Of a stretch of 64,000 bases of DNA, positions 12,898 to 26,280 are shown piece after piece (position 1 is the first letter of the stretch; each line of letters starts with the position of its first letter). The stretch covers positions 14,570,001 to 14,634,000 of the forward strand of contig CM119379.1 of NCBI GenBank assembly GCA_051294905.1. The letters run 5' to 3'. This stretch comes from Botryllus schlosseri. Its lineage: Eukaryota. Below the pieces are notes generated by a model that worked only from the letters and a program-made list of their open reading frames with translations, was not told the origin of the DNA and made no database searches. The position numbers and the translations under genes are program-made.

Positions 12898-14860
12898 TTT
12901 CCAGACGCTTCGGGGCAGCACCGCACTTGAAGCTATATCAAAGGAATGCATTTCAATGTCGATTAATCTCGAACTCGGTGCATTATGTCATTATTACCAC
13001 GACAAATCGCCCGTAGCTAACAAAAAAAAACGCAAGACAGGAAGGAAACCGTAGCTTTAATGGTAATTAGCGCAAATAGGTCCCGACACGGCAGAAAGTT
13101 GCGGGAAAAACTTACTCATAGTGACAAAAGCGGTGTTTTAAGCGCGGTATCGTGCCTGTAAACTACTGCGATTTATTTTGTCTGCTCTTGCTGGAAATGT
13201 CACAACACAGCGCAGGTGGCCATTGTGGTTTGTTTAGTCCCAATGTTGTGACGCGTTTCCCGCCGATAGACCAGCTCCGTAACGCAAATAAAATCTTTAG
13301 TATTAATTATTATTGATTTCTAAGTAAGATATATATACAATGGGAAAACTTCGCCGTGCCGACTATTGTGACGTCGTGAATCGACAAAGTAATGAGATTA
13401 CATGTAAATCGCACGAAATCATGGAGCTTTTCGCAGAGGATATCCACGAACTTACAAGTGATCTATGACCCTGTTATTCCGGATCAAATATAAAGATTTC
13501 CGAGGACAATTCAGACAATTAGACACGGGCTTATATTGATATGCAGAAGTATTCTCTTCAACTTCTAAAGCTGTACAGGCCATCTCAAACGGTATGCAAT
13601 TAACATCTATAAATAAATTTCTACTAGAAAATAAGCAGGTAAGCACGGGTTTCGAACAGTAGTCATTTAATAAGTTTTAAGCAGAAGTATACGGGGATCA
13701 AGCGATTTTATTTCTGCATCTTCTGTATGATTTAGAATGCTCGTTATGTCGTTTCTTGTTCGTGAAAAAGCATGCGATAAAATTTGAGCCATAAGATCCG
13801 CGGATAAGGGACATAATTATGAGGTTTTAACTGTGACGGATCACAGAATTGTCGCGATATGGAAAAGGTCAAGAGGTAACAGTTGCGAATACGTGTCTGA
13901 AATGTTACTGCCGAGTCAGTCCGCAGAAATTTTCGATATCCTAGTGGAAAGCAGGAATGACATGGCATCGTCGCACAAAGACTAATTGAATAGCTCATTT
14001 ATGTCGATTGTGGCGTAGTTTCATCCCAAAAATAGAAATCCAAATTTTAGCCATTTAGTAGAAATCTATAAATTCAAAATACAAAACGGTATATGATGTA
14101 AGCCTCACATTGTCAGCACGGTAGGTTCAACCGTGTAAAATTATTAGGAATCCGCGCATGCGCAGTACGAACACTAGTGCATAAGACACTTCTTGTTACT
14201 GTCAATCGCAAGGCTCGTTTTCATTATGTGAAAATATCACGTTCGGTGTTAGAATGTCACATCCTGAATGAGTATGTAAATTTATAGCACCCTTCGAGTT
14301 CAAGCTTCGAAAATGTGCATTATATTTCGAATTTGGCGTCATCGGCTGATATGGCAGTTTTCGTAACTGTCACCTTATTACAGATTAGTAACGGTGTCAT
14401 GCTATCCAGTAATATCGCATCTCAATGAAATCCGGTAAGACGGACTAAAGCGGCGGCAAGACTAAATAACGACGATCGTCTTCGTTCTGTTTATCAATAA
14501 AATATTTTGTGTTTGACACGAATGCTGCTAACGCCTTTGAAATGCAACGCCATTGTATACCCGACCATAATTGATGGTTTGTTTTTGTGCTAAATAGGAA
14601 ATGCGTCATATTACTCACTCTTTCCTAATCTCGGATTACCAATGCCTTGATCAAGATCTTTGTGTCAAGATTATATGTGATTTTAGAATCGAAAGACCAT
14701 TTAATGCCCATAATAGTAGTCAAATTTAGAGACGGCGATATGAGCGCCAAGCGTACACTAGATGCGACGCTTAAAAGGAATCCTCATAACCAATCACCAA
14801 AGAGTAATATCATATTGTATTAACAATTAAGCATATTTTACAGGCGCAAGGAAGAACGAA

Positions 14861-15500
14861 GCGAAATGGACGAGGAGGAAAGATGCAGAACTAAAAAACA
14901 ACTGCAAATTCTGCAAAAGCAGCCATGAAACCCTATATCATATCTTCACGACATGACCAATTTACAAAAATTTATTCTACCTTGTCAGATCCGACCTCGA
15001 GGACTCCCTGCAAACCGACATCAACGCTTCTACGGAAGAAATCCTCAGAAACACCTACGAGGGGCCGCACAAACTCATCGCGGTTACAACCTTCATGAAA
15101 ATGAAATGCGAAATATGGCAATGGAAAAAAACGCTTGATATTAAAAATGAATACGCCGAAGATATCAATTCAAAAACCGACGAGATCAGCAGAAAATTAC
15201 ACAAACCAGTAAGAAGAAAATGGGATAGCAGTAGTTCTCAACCTTTTTTAAGATACGCCCCCCCTTTTTGACAGTGCAAAATTTCGCGCCCCCCTTATCG
15301 TCATATCACAAAATCAAACTGGGATGCTAGCAACCATAACAGATTGTTTGGTGGTATGGACGGTTATGAATGTTTGCGAAGCGAAGCGCGAAATTTTTTT
15401 TCAGGTGACCGCTTCTTTGCGCCCCCCTTCAGATGTTTCACGCCCCCCAGGTTGAGAACCCCTGGGATAGAGGGTGAAACGCGAAGCTGACCTGATGAAC
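14861..15500 (+). pseudogene. 3' fragment of an L1/Tx1-type LINE ORF2 (CCHC zinc knuckle), interrupted by a MITE
   Basis: Frame starting at 14861: NNCKFCKSSHETLYHIFTT*PIY...MKCEIWQWKK. This is the CxxC-x-ETxxHxFxxC motif with the last Cys mutated to TGA (14954-14956). The 3' boundary is approximate. Confidence 0.75.
15229..15464. mobile_element. Charlie-like hAT MITE
   Basis: TIRs cagtagttctcaacct / aggttgagaacccctg; flanking direct repeat ggatag. Confidence 0.85.
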
Positions 15501-16462
15501 AATTGAAATCGACCACGCGCGCGCAAACGCTAATACCGAAATACATAGATAATATGCATACCGCGATATTTAAGCTATATTAAGCACTTGACTAGTTCCT
15601 ATAGAACAGTCTATAATATTTAACGCACTGTTATTTTGACATTTATCCTGGAATCAACCGTAAAAAAAATGAAATATTCAGCCAATATACTTACTGACCA
15701 CGCCACCGCTAACCGAAAGATGAATGACATCATATGCAATATCAACACCCCACGCATACCTGTATTGTCCTATTCTACTATGCATTTCTTTTATGTTTTT
15801 CTTAATCTAAGGTTTATGTGTGTATTACATTTTGAAATAAAATCACTGAAAAGGAATCCTCATCATTTGAATTTGGACCTTGCCCGAGTTTTAACTTTTT
15901 CGTCAATACTTGTATGACTGCAAACATACTTGCGGTTATTTCAACATTGGCGGCGGTTTATCGTGCACTGCACAGTGCACACGGTATCGAGGATAGAGAT
16001 TATATCCACGAACTAATAGTAGACAAGACAACTCTCTAGCTAATGTTATAGATAAAGAGGTATAGAACCGGGTAGGACGAGACCTGCCATATTGAGTCTG
16101 CAGTGCCTCACCGCCGGCACGACATTGCAGCGTTGAAAATTCTACCGATCTACCGGTGCTCAGTATTCACTGCACTGTCCTTTACTATACAGTACCCACT
16201 ATACTTCAAATCTCTATGAATTGAATGATATCACATAAGTTAATCAGGGCTGTTCTGACAAATACTATACGGGCGGAGTTCAAGCAGCCGACTTATGCCC
16301 AATTTCGGTATTAAGCCGCATCACAATGATCAAAGTCCGTTCCAGCATGGAAAACTGAATGGGCAGTTTTCCATGGTTCCAGTACTCTGACTTGGGGAAT
16401 TTCCCTGAAAATCAGCGCAATGTTGTATGACGGATTATATTTATTCAACTTGCGTGCTATAG

Positions 16463-16935
16463 TAGGCTTACCATACGTCCTCTTTTAAGAGGATTTGTCC
16501 TCTTTTTTGACTTTTTTGAAAGTGTCCTCGGAGGACGCCCTTTTGTCCTCTTTTTTGAGATTTTGTCCTCTTTTTTGAAAATTTAGGTCAGATTTAGAGG
16601 AAATTGCGAGTGATATGCCGCAAATTAGCGCAGAAGTGAAGCTCCGGCGGGTATTTCGGAGGGAAAAGCGGTGATTTCAGCTCTGAGCGAAAAGAAGACC
16701 TTTTTTATTTTTTTATTTTTAGTCATCCACCTGGCAATGTGGAGTGAAAAACGTGATATTGAGCTCTGAGCGGTAGTGATGACCTTTTTTTTTTTTAGTC
16801 ATCCACCTGGCAATGTGGAGTGAAAAACGTGATTTTGAGCTCTGAGCGGTAGTGATGACCTTTTTTTTTTTAGTCATCCACCTGGCAATGTGGAGTGAAA
16901 AACGTGATTTTGAGCTCTGAGCGGAAGTGATGAAA
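16463..16935. mobile_element. One-ended hAT-like element carrying a minisatellite
   Basis: Left end taggcttaccata followed by repeated gtcctc motifs; no right TIR found. Confidence 0.5.
16676..16932. repeat. Minisatellite, about 75-bp unit, about 3.3 copies
   Basis: gtcatccacctggcaatgtggagtgaaaaacgtgat starts at 16722, 16798 and 16873. Confidence 0.95.
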
Positions 16936-19900
16936 CTCATTCTAGGACTATAAGTACTTTACAGGTGTTAAGATAAATTCATGTTTCACATTTTCACCGG
17001 CGGCTGTAGCACAATGTTAGTCGTTATACAACCTGAAATCTTGCAGTTGCAGTATCACCAAATAACTGCGGTGCAGGTACGGAGAGCAGTCTGATGCGAA
17101 TACAATGCTCATCACCATGCCGTGAAATTATAACATCACTTTGCCATGGAGTCAGGTCATATGTATAATATAGATTTAGATTTAGGGACTCGCAAACTCG
17201 GTATCACAAGCTGCGCGTGACATCGAGTGGGATGTAACGCAGATGCATTCTTGCTTTTCAAGCCAATTGTAGAATCGTCTGAAATATTTTCCGTGACATA
17301 GCGCCCAATTCGGTAAGGGAGAAGTGTGTTTGTTGCTTCAGAGTACTCACAGGAACGATAAAGTTACTATTACTATTTCCCTATTTGAAATGGTGAATGG
17401 CGTTTGGCACACATCACTGCACCTTCGCTATCGCTGGCCTGGAGGCTCATTGCGCATGCTGCCTGCTCGTCTGCATTTATATATTCATCTTCATGACAAA
17501 AAAAGTATGATCATTGACCGCTGACCAGGTTTGTGTTGAGTACCGGTGCCCGTGCATCGTTCAACAGTCAAATACTAAACCTTACTTCGATACCGCACCT
17601 ATATCTCCGAGACAAGAACTTGCTGCAGACAGAAAACGAAAATATGTTTCGGGGAATCTCTTGACTATTACGACAACATTATAATTACTAGACATAAATT
17701 GGACATAAGGCTTGCTGAAGTTCGACGAGGAATCGAGTGTTGAAACGGTCAAAACCCACCTACTTCGGCAGACCACTTCTTGACTTTCAGAAACACCGGG
17801 ACTACTATAATCCGGTCTGCAGTCTTTCGAGGTGCGGGTCTTTCTAGGTACTAACAAGAATAAATTATAGCTAATTGTAAAAGCTTACCACCTCAGCGCT
17901 AAATGAAGCTGTTGCCAATTATGTTAATCATGACGTAAACGTAGACGGAATATGGTATCGGAAGGAAGCTCGTAAAGCGAGGAAAAGGCAAATACCGTGA
18001 TTTGATGTCGGATTATATCAGAAAATCCCTCGCTGCGAAACATGTCAAAACTTTGTCGAAGTGTTTTTCAGCTATATATATATATTCGACACCAGACGTT
18101 TCTAAAACGTTGCCGCCGAAATGAACATTAGTAAACATGTTTTGACGGTTGGAGTGGCGTGGATATACGGATTACCGCCGGTATGTTTCATCCATGTGAA
18201 GGTACGCGTACGACGTACGGGCGTGCAATGCAAACTGATTGGTGCGAACATTTAATAAAACCAGACCTGCAATGCATCACACTTTGATATCGGTTCATAG
18301 GCAAAAATCTGTTATATTGGTATCGGTCCAAAATCCTGATATCAGTCGGGCTAATTGCTAATAAACCAGTAATCAAGAGTCCTTTACAATACTCCATTTT
18401 CGTCGTTATAACGATACACTACTGCAACGCACCAATATGGTCCGCTATATCTAAGATTTACTTAGTATTCTGGAAAGTCAAACCCTTATTGAACCCTTGT
18501 CACCCTCAACCTTGGCCCATATTTCAGCTCACAAACATATATGGTTTGTTTGTTTGTAACGCATCGATCGCACGGACATTGCAACAGTATTATGAATGAG
18601 TTGCGCCAGCCGCTATTGGCACATTCGGCACGTCAGCAGCTACTATTGAACGTAATTCTTGCGATACGCTGCTGGAAAATACAGGACGAGCTAGTATGCA
18701 GTATAGCAGGGGGCATTGTGACTTCGTGCACTGTGGAAAAATCGATCACAAGTCAAAAATCGTGAAGCAGCTTCTCTTCGCCGTGTCGTATCATGGCGCA
18801 CGCATAAACATGTGCAGACGCGGATTTCGATTAAAGAATAATCCAGATTTTATCATGCTGCGGCATGATGTACGTACACGATTAGATATGGATCTGAAGC
18901 GCTGACGCTTTCCTTGCATGATTCGATGCATTTCTCATTCGTCAGTGTTGGTATATTAAAACACTGCGTATGTGCGTGTGCGCGTATGAAGTCCTAGCGT
19001 GGTCCAGTCCGGTCGCTGCGTACGAAACCGCGTTTTCCCTGAACGTGGGAGAATAGATCGCAATGTATTCGAGTTAACTGGATCAAAAGAAAACGCGGCA
19101 TACTCGAGAGATGATCGAAACAAAAGCCAGAACACTCGATTCTTACGAATGAGACCTACAGTGTTGTGCGCCGACATGGTTATAAACTGACGTACAGTGC
19201 TTTTGCAACGTTTTAACCCAAACAAATTATTACTGATTAGATGCTATACATTTGAATCTGAAAATCCAAACGTTGGAATTTAATTTCTCAACAGTAGGTT
19301 CATCGTTGAAGTCCTTGCAGGAAATGCGCTCAGGTTAACTTGATATATTACAGTGGGTATATCACAGTGGCTAACCCGAATCACTAGATAGTATATTGTA
19401 TTTCCGAACTGAATCAGGTACATAATAAATAAACGGATGTGTGTATGTGGTCGTTTGATGCCTGGAATATCCTTTTGTAGATCTTCTTTTTGTGGATTCC
19501 AAAGATCTGAATTGGCAGTGTGTCGGAAAGTCAACGTGGGGTCAATACATGGATTCTTTATTTACATACCTGATATTGGAACTCGCCTGAAATATGAGAA
19601 TATGCAAGAATATTCAACAGTTTATAGAACCGACGCCTGCTAAATTGTATTTCAAACTATCATTGTACTAAATTGTACTTCAGTGTGCAACTGTGCATGT
19701 TCGAAAATGTAAATTCTTAATAAATTTGCAACAAAAAGACATTTGGAAGGTAGGATAGTTTCGATAAATCTTCCTATAATCTGATTGATAGGTATCACGT
19801 GCACATAAATATCCGAAAACTCGCCATAGAATGTATTGGTCAACCAACACTGAACAGTGCAAAGAGTACATAGCACGAACATGTTATAAAATCATAAAGA

Positions 19901-22900
19901 CATTCTTTCATAACACGAATTCCAGCAGTAAATATCAGCAAGACCTGACTGCACGGAAATAATATCAAGTAAACACACCTCAATCTCGTCAATAGAACTT
20001 CTAAATTATCTTTTGATCCAGAGCGGACTGTTAAATTATGAGCAAAGCATTACTCAGGTTCGCATACATATGTACTAAATGTATTCGAAACCAAAGGACA
20101 TTGATATCATGATGTTTCAACGAAAAGCATGAATATAAAAAATCTAACGCACAGTATGGCCCAAATCAGGTATTGATGGAGTATATGCAATCTGTAGCCT
20201 TATGTATTTGCGGATGTGGATTAACACCTGAAAGGCAACCGAAGAAGATCTATAAGTAAAGTAAAGTAATGACGACAATCTATCTCAGAAACTGGAAAAA
20301 TCATAAATTACAAGTTTGATATTTTGGGAATCGGCGACATCAGTCAGAATAGCGAAATACGTCAACACCGTTGCATTACCACGTAGCATTCCTCATAACA
20401 GAAATGGAAACCATAGCTACCGTAGCCATGCAGCAGTTTCATGACTGTGATATCTTCTGCTTGGTATCGATCACGGCCCACCTACCCTCTGATGACGAAA
20501 ACGTCATACCTCACAGTAACACTATATTTGTCCTGGACAAATACGTTTCGTCCTTGCAAAATCATATGCATATAACAATATTTTTAGGATCCCTTACCAC
20601 GGGATTTGAGGATTGGTACGTGTGAATGTGACTAATGCGGCAAACAGTGCGATATTTCCAGGTCAAGTGAATATCAAAAAATTGAACGAATCAGTAAACG
20701 CAAGTGACAAGCGGATAGCGAATAGAGGCATTTTTTCCAATATATTTCACTATACAAAAGGAGAGACTTCAGCCGGGGCCTACGAATATCGTAGGCCCCG
20801 CTTCATCTATCATATTTTGATTGTTTTCGATGATCATTGACCAAATGACCAACCACCCGAAAAATTGGAGTATCTAAAACACAATGTGGGAAAATAATGA
20901 GTGGTGTTTGTAAGAATCGCATAAATAGAGAACTAATTCAACAACAAACATCAACAATACATGCAACACCTCGTGCTTTGGATATGCGCATTGCGCACTT
21001 ACAAAATACGGTACTAGATCTTGAAATCAAAAAATTTCAGGAAGCCATACGCTGATATTAAATGGAGATATGGCTCATTATGGATTCACGATCCACATAC
21101 ATAATAATATTACACTCTGTTAATCCAAAATTAGCAGCAAAGACTTCAGAGCATCCTGGGTATATCCATCATGTCTGTTATAGAGCACAGATGTCCAACT
21201 GAAAGCGCTCATACAACAGATTACCTATTCCTAATTCTTTTATCCTCACATTCAGCCGGGTCAATTTTGACGGTATCCGCGATACTCATGTGGCCATGGC
21301 AAATATGAGGTTGATATAACGTTGAGGGTGAATGAGGTACGCTACACCCTCAACCTCATGCAACAAAACGTGGTGTTTGATTCGACAACGTACAATCGAT
21401 ACCGTAAGTTGCAATGCTTTAGCAGTGTCTGTATTCAGAATTCGGATTCTTCGGTAAACAAAGCCTATGAGACAGAAATATCGCGCCAGTATATTACGAA
21501 ATAAACGCGAGTCATTGCGATTTCCTGGACGTGAATTGCAGCATATCGCCATTTTTTGCAAGGCACGTCCGCGTAAATTTTGTTTTCAAGCATGCTGTGA
21601 CCGCACAAAGACGAAACGAGTCTATAAATGTCTATTCTTGAGCGGTCGTTAATAACGAATCTTTGACACCTGTCAAACATCGTCTAAACAAATTTCTCGC
21701 GGCCCTGATGAACTCAGTGTTTGTCGCATGATACACACCGATTCCACAACTGTATTATGGTATGGATCAGTCCAAGGTTTTATTGTTCAAACATCACTGC
21801 TACGTTACGTACATATTGGCTATCTATATCTTGTGTCTGAACGAGGAGTGTGCAGTTGTGCACTGTGTGCAGCCTACAGCCCGCAGAAAGTTATTTTGCG
21901 GCCTGTGATCCGGATTTCTAATTTAGCTTGGTCCGGTACGTTTGAGCTAAGGCCAAGCTGGCTAAGTGAAAGGCTAAAAACATTGAAATCACCAAGTATG
22001 CATATGCTGACTTTGCATATGAATAATATGGACATAATCTATTCAATGAGCTCGAAATCACACGGGACGTAAATACTGTTCGTTCGTGGAAATAAGAGTT
22101 CATCACATGTAATAGACGTACTTTTTACCGTTCGCTAGATAGACGGTCTACTCCCGATTTTAAGTGGCTGCTTGCGAGGTGTTTCCATATGTCTAACGTC
22201 TACATGCGTTCGGCAATTACACCCTCGCATGACAAGGATAACTTTTGTTGCGTCGCGTTTCTATAGCCGGATAGCGTCATCACACTGCAATACGCTGCAA
22301 CACCTAATATTAGCCTCTGTGACGTTGCAATAATGACCAAATCAGCATTTCAAGCTTGGAAAAATCTATTGGATAGGCAGACGCATTTCATGTGCCCATT
22401 ATATCCGTAACTTACATGTGGGAGAGCTGGTTTATGCTTCAATCACAAAATATGCATGGATACTCGTCACTGCTCGCTTTTCTTCCATACTGAGTCATTG
22501 CCGAGTATAATGTCATCAAAACGGACTAGCCAAAGTAAGACCAATCTCATGATTTCGGTGTAATGCGCCAATGCATGCATTGTTAGACATCTGCCTTATT
22601 TTGTATTCTTTGCCCGATGAAAAACTAATGAACAGGATTCAAGCAGAGTCGCACTCGATTTAGATTGCGGGAGGCGAGTTCATCCGTGACACGATAGAAA
22701 ATAGAGCGATTTATTACATCATCGAGAACTGGTGATGCGTGCGAACAAGCTTGATTTGATTACGCAGAATTCACAACATATAACCTTCTGGTGCGACCAC
22801 AACTTCACGAGCTACTCGTTGAGTTCGTCCAAGATGCCAATGCGATAATTTACTCCGTATAGACAACTGAACTGTGATACCAAATTCTGACCGTGGCACA

Positions 22901-22971
22901 AGGTGACAAGCTTCACACTGTGTCGTTTACTATACTACGAGACTACTACTACTACTAATAATAATAATAAT

Positions 22972-23500
22972 TAGGGCAAGTTTTTGCAACTTTTGCAACT
23001 TTTTTTACAGCTTCCGGCAGCATCCTAAATACTCGAAAGTTATGTAGAATGCTGTTTTAAGCTGTTTGAAGGAATCTTATAGTGCAACTTTTTCGATTTT
23101 TCACGAAAGTTTATTCGATTTTTCATGCAACCAACATACTGGAAATATTTGGTAGTATATTTAAATAGATCGGTCACTGTTTTTTTGAGAATTTTGGTGA
23201 AATACACGGCCAAATTCGACTGAAATGCCGTATATCAGCACTGAAGTAACGCTCTAACGGGTATTTCGGGAGCTGAGCCGGAAAGTTGACCTTTTTTTCT
23301 AGTCAACCAATGGATAATGTGGATGGAAAACTGTATTTCGGGAGTGGAACTGCGAAGTTGACCTTTTTTTTAGTCAACCGACCAAAATGTGGCCTTTTAA
23401 TGCAACTTTTGTGAAAAAATAAATGCAACTTTTTACTGCAACTTTTGTGAAAAATAAATGCAACTTTCCACGGATTTAACTGCAACAAAAACTTGCCCTA
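22972..23500. mobile_element. hAT MITE family E, copy 1, inserted in a (TAC)n(TAA)n microsatellite
   Basis: TIRs tagggcaagttttt / aaaaacttgcccta; TSD ataataat / ctaataat; subterminal tgcaactttt repeats. Confidence 0.9.
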
Positions 23501-26123
23501 CTAATAATAATAATCACTTATGCAACCCTAGCCAATTCTTCTTCTACCGCAATTCTGTAATCTGACTTCTTCAATCTTAATGTATTGCATAGGAATAACA
23601 ATTTGACTTGATTACCAATAATTTTTAATGTTTACTTCAATCTCGCTATTTTCCTTAGGGGGGCAGGTTGCTCGATGGACTATGTGTGTATTTACCAGTT
23701 TTACTGTGAATAAAGAATGTAATAATAATAACGAAGTGTATTACACTTCGTACTGGGCCTACATGTCGTAGGCCCCGCTTCGCATCTCAGCTTCATTCGA
23801 AATTTTTGAACATCGAAAACTATAGTGATTCGCTTTGAATGTCTCAAACTTTCTATGTCTGGACTTGAATTTCCCAAGCACCAATCAAAATCTAACAGCC
23901 CTATCGCAATAGCCTCACGAGACAATCTAAAATCTGACAATGCAGAATTCACTGCAGATAAGCCCGCGCTAACCCTGTTTTCAAACGCTAATTGATCAAT
24001 TTGTCCGGTATATTTATAAATCGGTCGCACTCTGTAAAGAATCACTGATAATAATTAATTATGTTACAGGGCTTCATTCTGCAGCGGAAACAACTTGAAC
24101 ACGGTGTTTGTGATTGGGCTGTGATTGAACATTGTGTTGCTTTGCAAAACAATATATAATTTGCTCCATGCATAATAATCGGCTAACAATACTCTTCGCT
24201 TCCGCGAAACGCGTGGGGTAGGTTTTGCAAAACAAGCCAAGCTCGAATGAAACAGCATTAAGTATAACCTTATAGGCCTAGTCAAGACAAGCCAATAACA
24301 ATAACACATCGTCTTGCACGGCAGGAGCAGTAAGTTTAATGCGATGGGTTGTTTCGTACGTCGGAAGCATGCTTTTACGACACTACCTATCAGTGAAATA
24401 CCTTAAATAATAACTTGGATTAACCGCACTTGAATATGAATGAATCGTCGGCAATTACTTGTAGTCTATTTTTATGCCCGCATACTGAATGCCAATAACC
24501 CGCCCTCGCATGATAGCGATAGATTTCTACGCGGCCATTGTAGATACATGCTAAATGTAGCACAATCCGTAGCAGGCCATTTGAATTATCCAAAACGCAT
24601 ACGTGGTAAATCAGCAGATAAAATACCTGCGGTAGCTCCATTGCATTTGCGATCGATAAATTATAAAGACGGGCGATAACATTATGGCATAGCCAGAAGC
24701 TGCAACATGCAAAACAACCCTACGTCAGCTTTTCAATATTATTTTACTCGGTTAGGCATTTCTCCTGAGGCAATCCGACATATGAACCGATTACGTCACA
24801 AACCAATCGGCGATATTTACCATTACGATAGCAATGCATTGCTGCGATCAGAATGGAACAGTGGCTCTTAACCTTTACCAACCTGGCGATGCCTTACGCT
24901 AATCTGCAATCCTTCGGTGAGCCCCGATTCGTTTGAGCCTCGTTTACGATCAAATAGTATGGAAGCGTTATCAATGATACAGAATAGGTTAACGGGGCGT
25001 TTGGCATAAAGCTTCAGAGTCGCCCAGCGAGAGCTTTAGCAACACGAAACATCCGGGAATTATTGATGATTAGCGATACCATCACATTCCAAGCCATTTC
25101 AGACAATCGGAACACCGTGCAGCACTTCCTAATGTTGGTAAAATCCCACATACAGAAACTCTACAACTCATTAGGAAAATGACAACCACGCAGCTCTTTG
25201 ACAGCTGAGACACGTGACGAATGAAATATACAGTCGTTGTTATGACAAAATAAACCAGTTTCCCGCTGCACACAAATGGAGCATAACGGTAGGCACAAGC
25301 CAACCTCGGGCGAACTGGACGTACGTAGGCTATAGCGCGAGCTGCAGTTTATTTGCAGTTGAAAACTCAGAAGTTGAAGCCTGTCGAGGCGATGTGAACT
25401 GAAACCGTGATGGAGTGCCAATCATTCTCTCGGGGAAACTCGTCCGAATTGTAAACTATAAAATAAGTATCTATACGCCGTCAGAACAGCTCGCGTGACG
25501 ATCAAGGAAACTACACTCGCAGAAAAGTACACAGACCCCGAAAATATCTCACCGACTAGAAACAATAATATTGTGATAATTTATCAATACAATCAGCCGA
25601 AACTACTACACAAAGTCACGCCATATGCTGATTCTGCTGTGATGTAGCAAAGCCTCATAGGGATTGCTATATAATCAATTGGTTATAGGTCGTATAGTGT
25701 CTATGATGTGAGGCGAATGGTACGATATAGTTAGATCCACCAACGTAACGCCAATGGCCTGTCGTTTGACTTCGGCGGAGATCGACTCCGAATCCATCCT
25801 CGGGTGTTAGAGGGCTGCTCAAGTGCTCGTCGCAACACGCCTGCATAGCCATTAACCATAAATACAGTAAGTCGTCAGAACAGGCGCCAACAATATGCAA
25901 GTCTCGCTCCGGTGTAATATGACCGTACTATATAGTTGGAACGCCATGGAAATAAACGATCGTTTAGCACTTGACCTTCTAGTGAATGCTGATGCTTCAA
26001 TTCCTTCGATGAAAGGACAAAGTGACCATTCTTCGCGTCTTTTCCTGCATGTAAAGGGGTATTCTAGGACATGTCAGACGCAGAGGCCCATGTAAGACGT
26101 AAGAATTTCTGATAGAGAGGGGA

Positions 26124-26280
26124 CAGTGGCTTTCAAACTGGGGTTTGTTTGCCTTTTTCTGGGGTTCGCGAAGGTGCTGATCTTTTTTAGTAAATAGCCT
26201 ATACCAAACTTAGAGGTGGGTCACGGTACTTTTTCAAATCCAAAATAGGATCGCGACCATAAAAGGGCTGGGAGCCACTG
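26124..26280. mobile_element. Short degenerate Charlie-like MITE
   Basis: cagtggctttcaaact / gggctgggagccactg termini; TSD eroded. Confidence 0.6.

Noticed and set aside
12296-12951. Periodic ORFs (PRMDTTENGH repeats)
   Set aside because: Translation artefacts of the 16-bp minisatellite arms.
13101-13263. Inverted pair of E2F-like sites (GCGGGAAA, TTTCCCGC)
   Set aside because: About one such 8-mer is expected by chance per window and no adjacent gene could be defined.
12449-16932. CRISPR-like arrays
   Set aside because: The repeats are contiguous tandem units with no unique spacers, there are no cas genes, and the DNA is eukaryotic.
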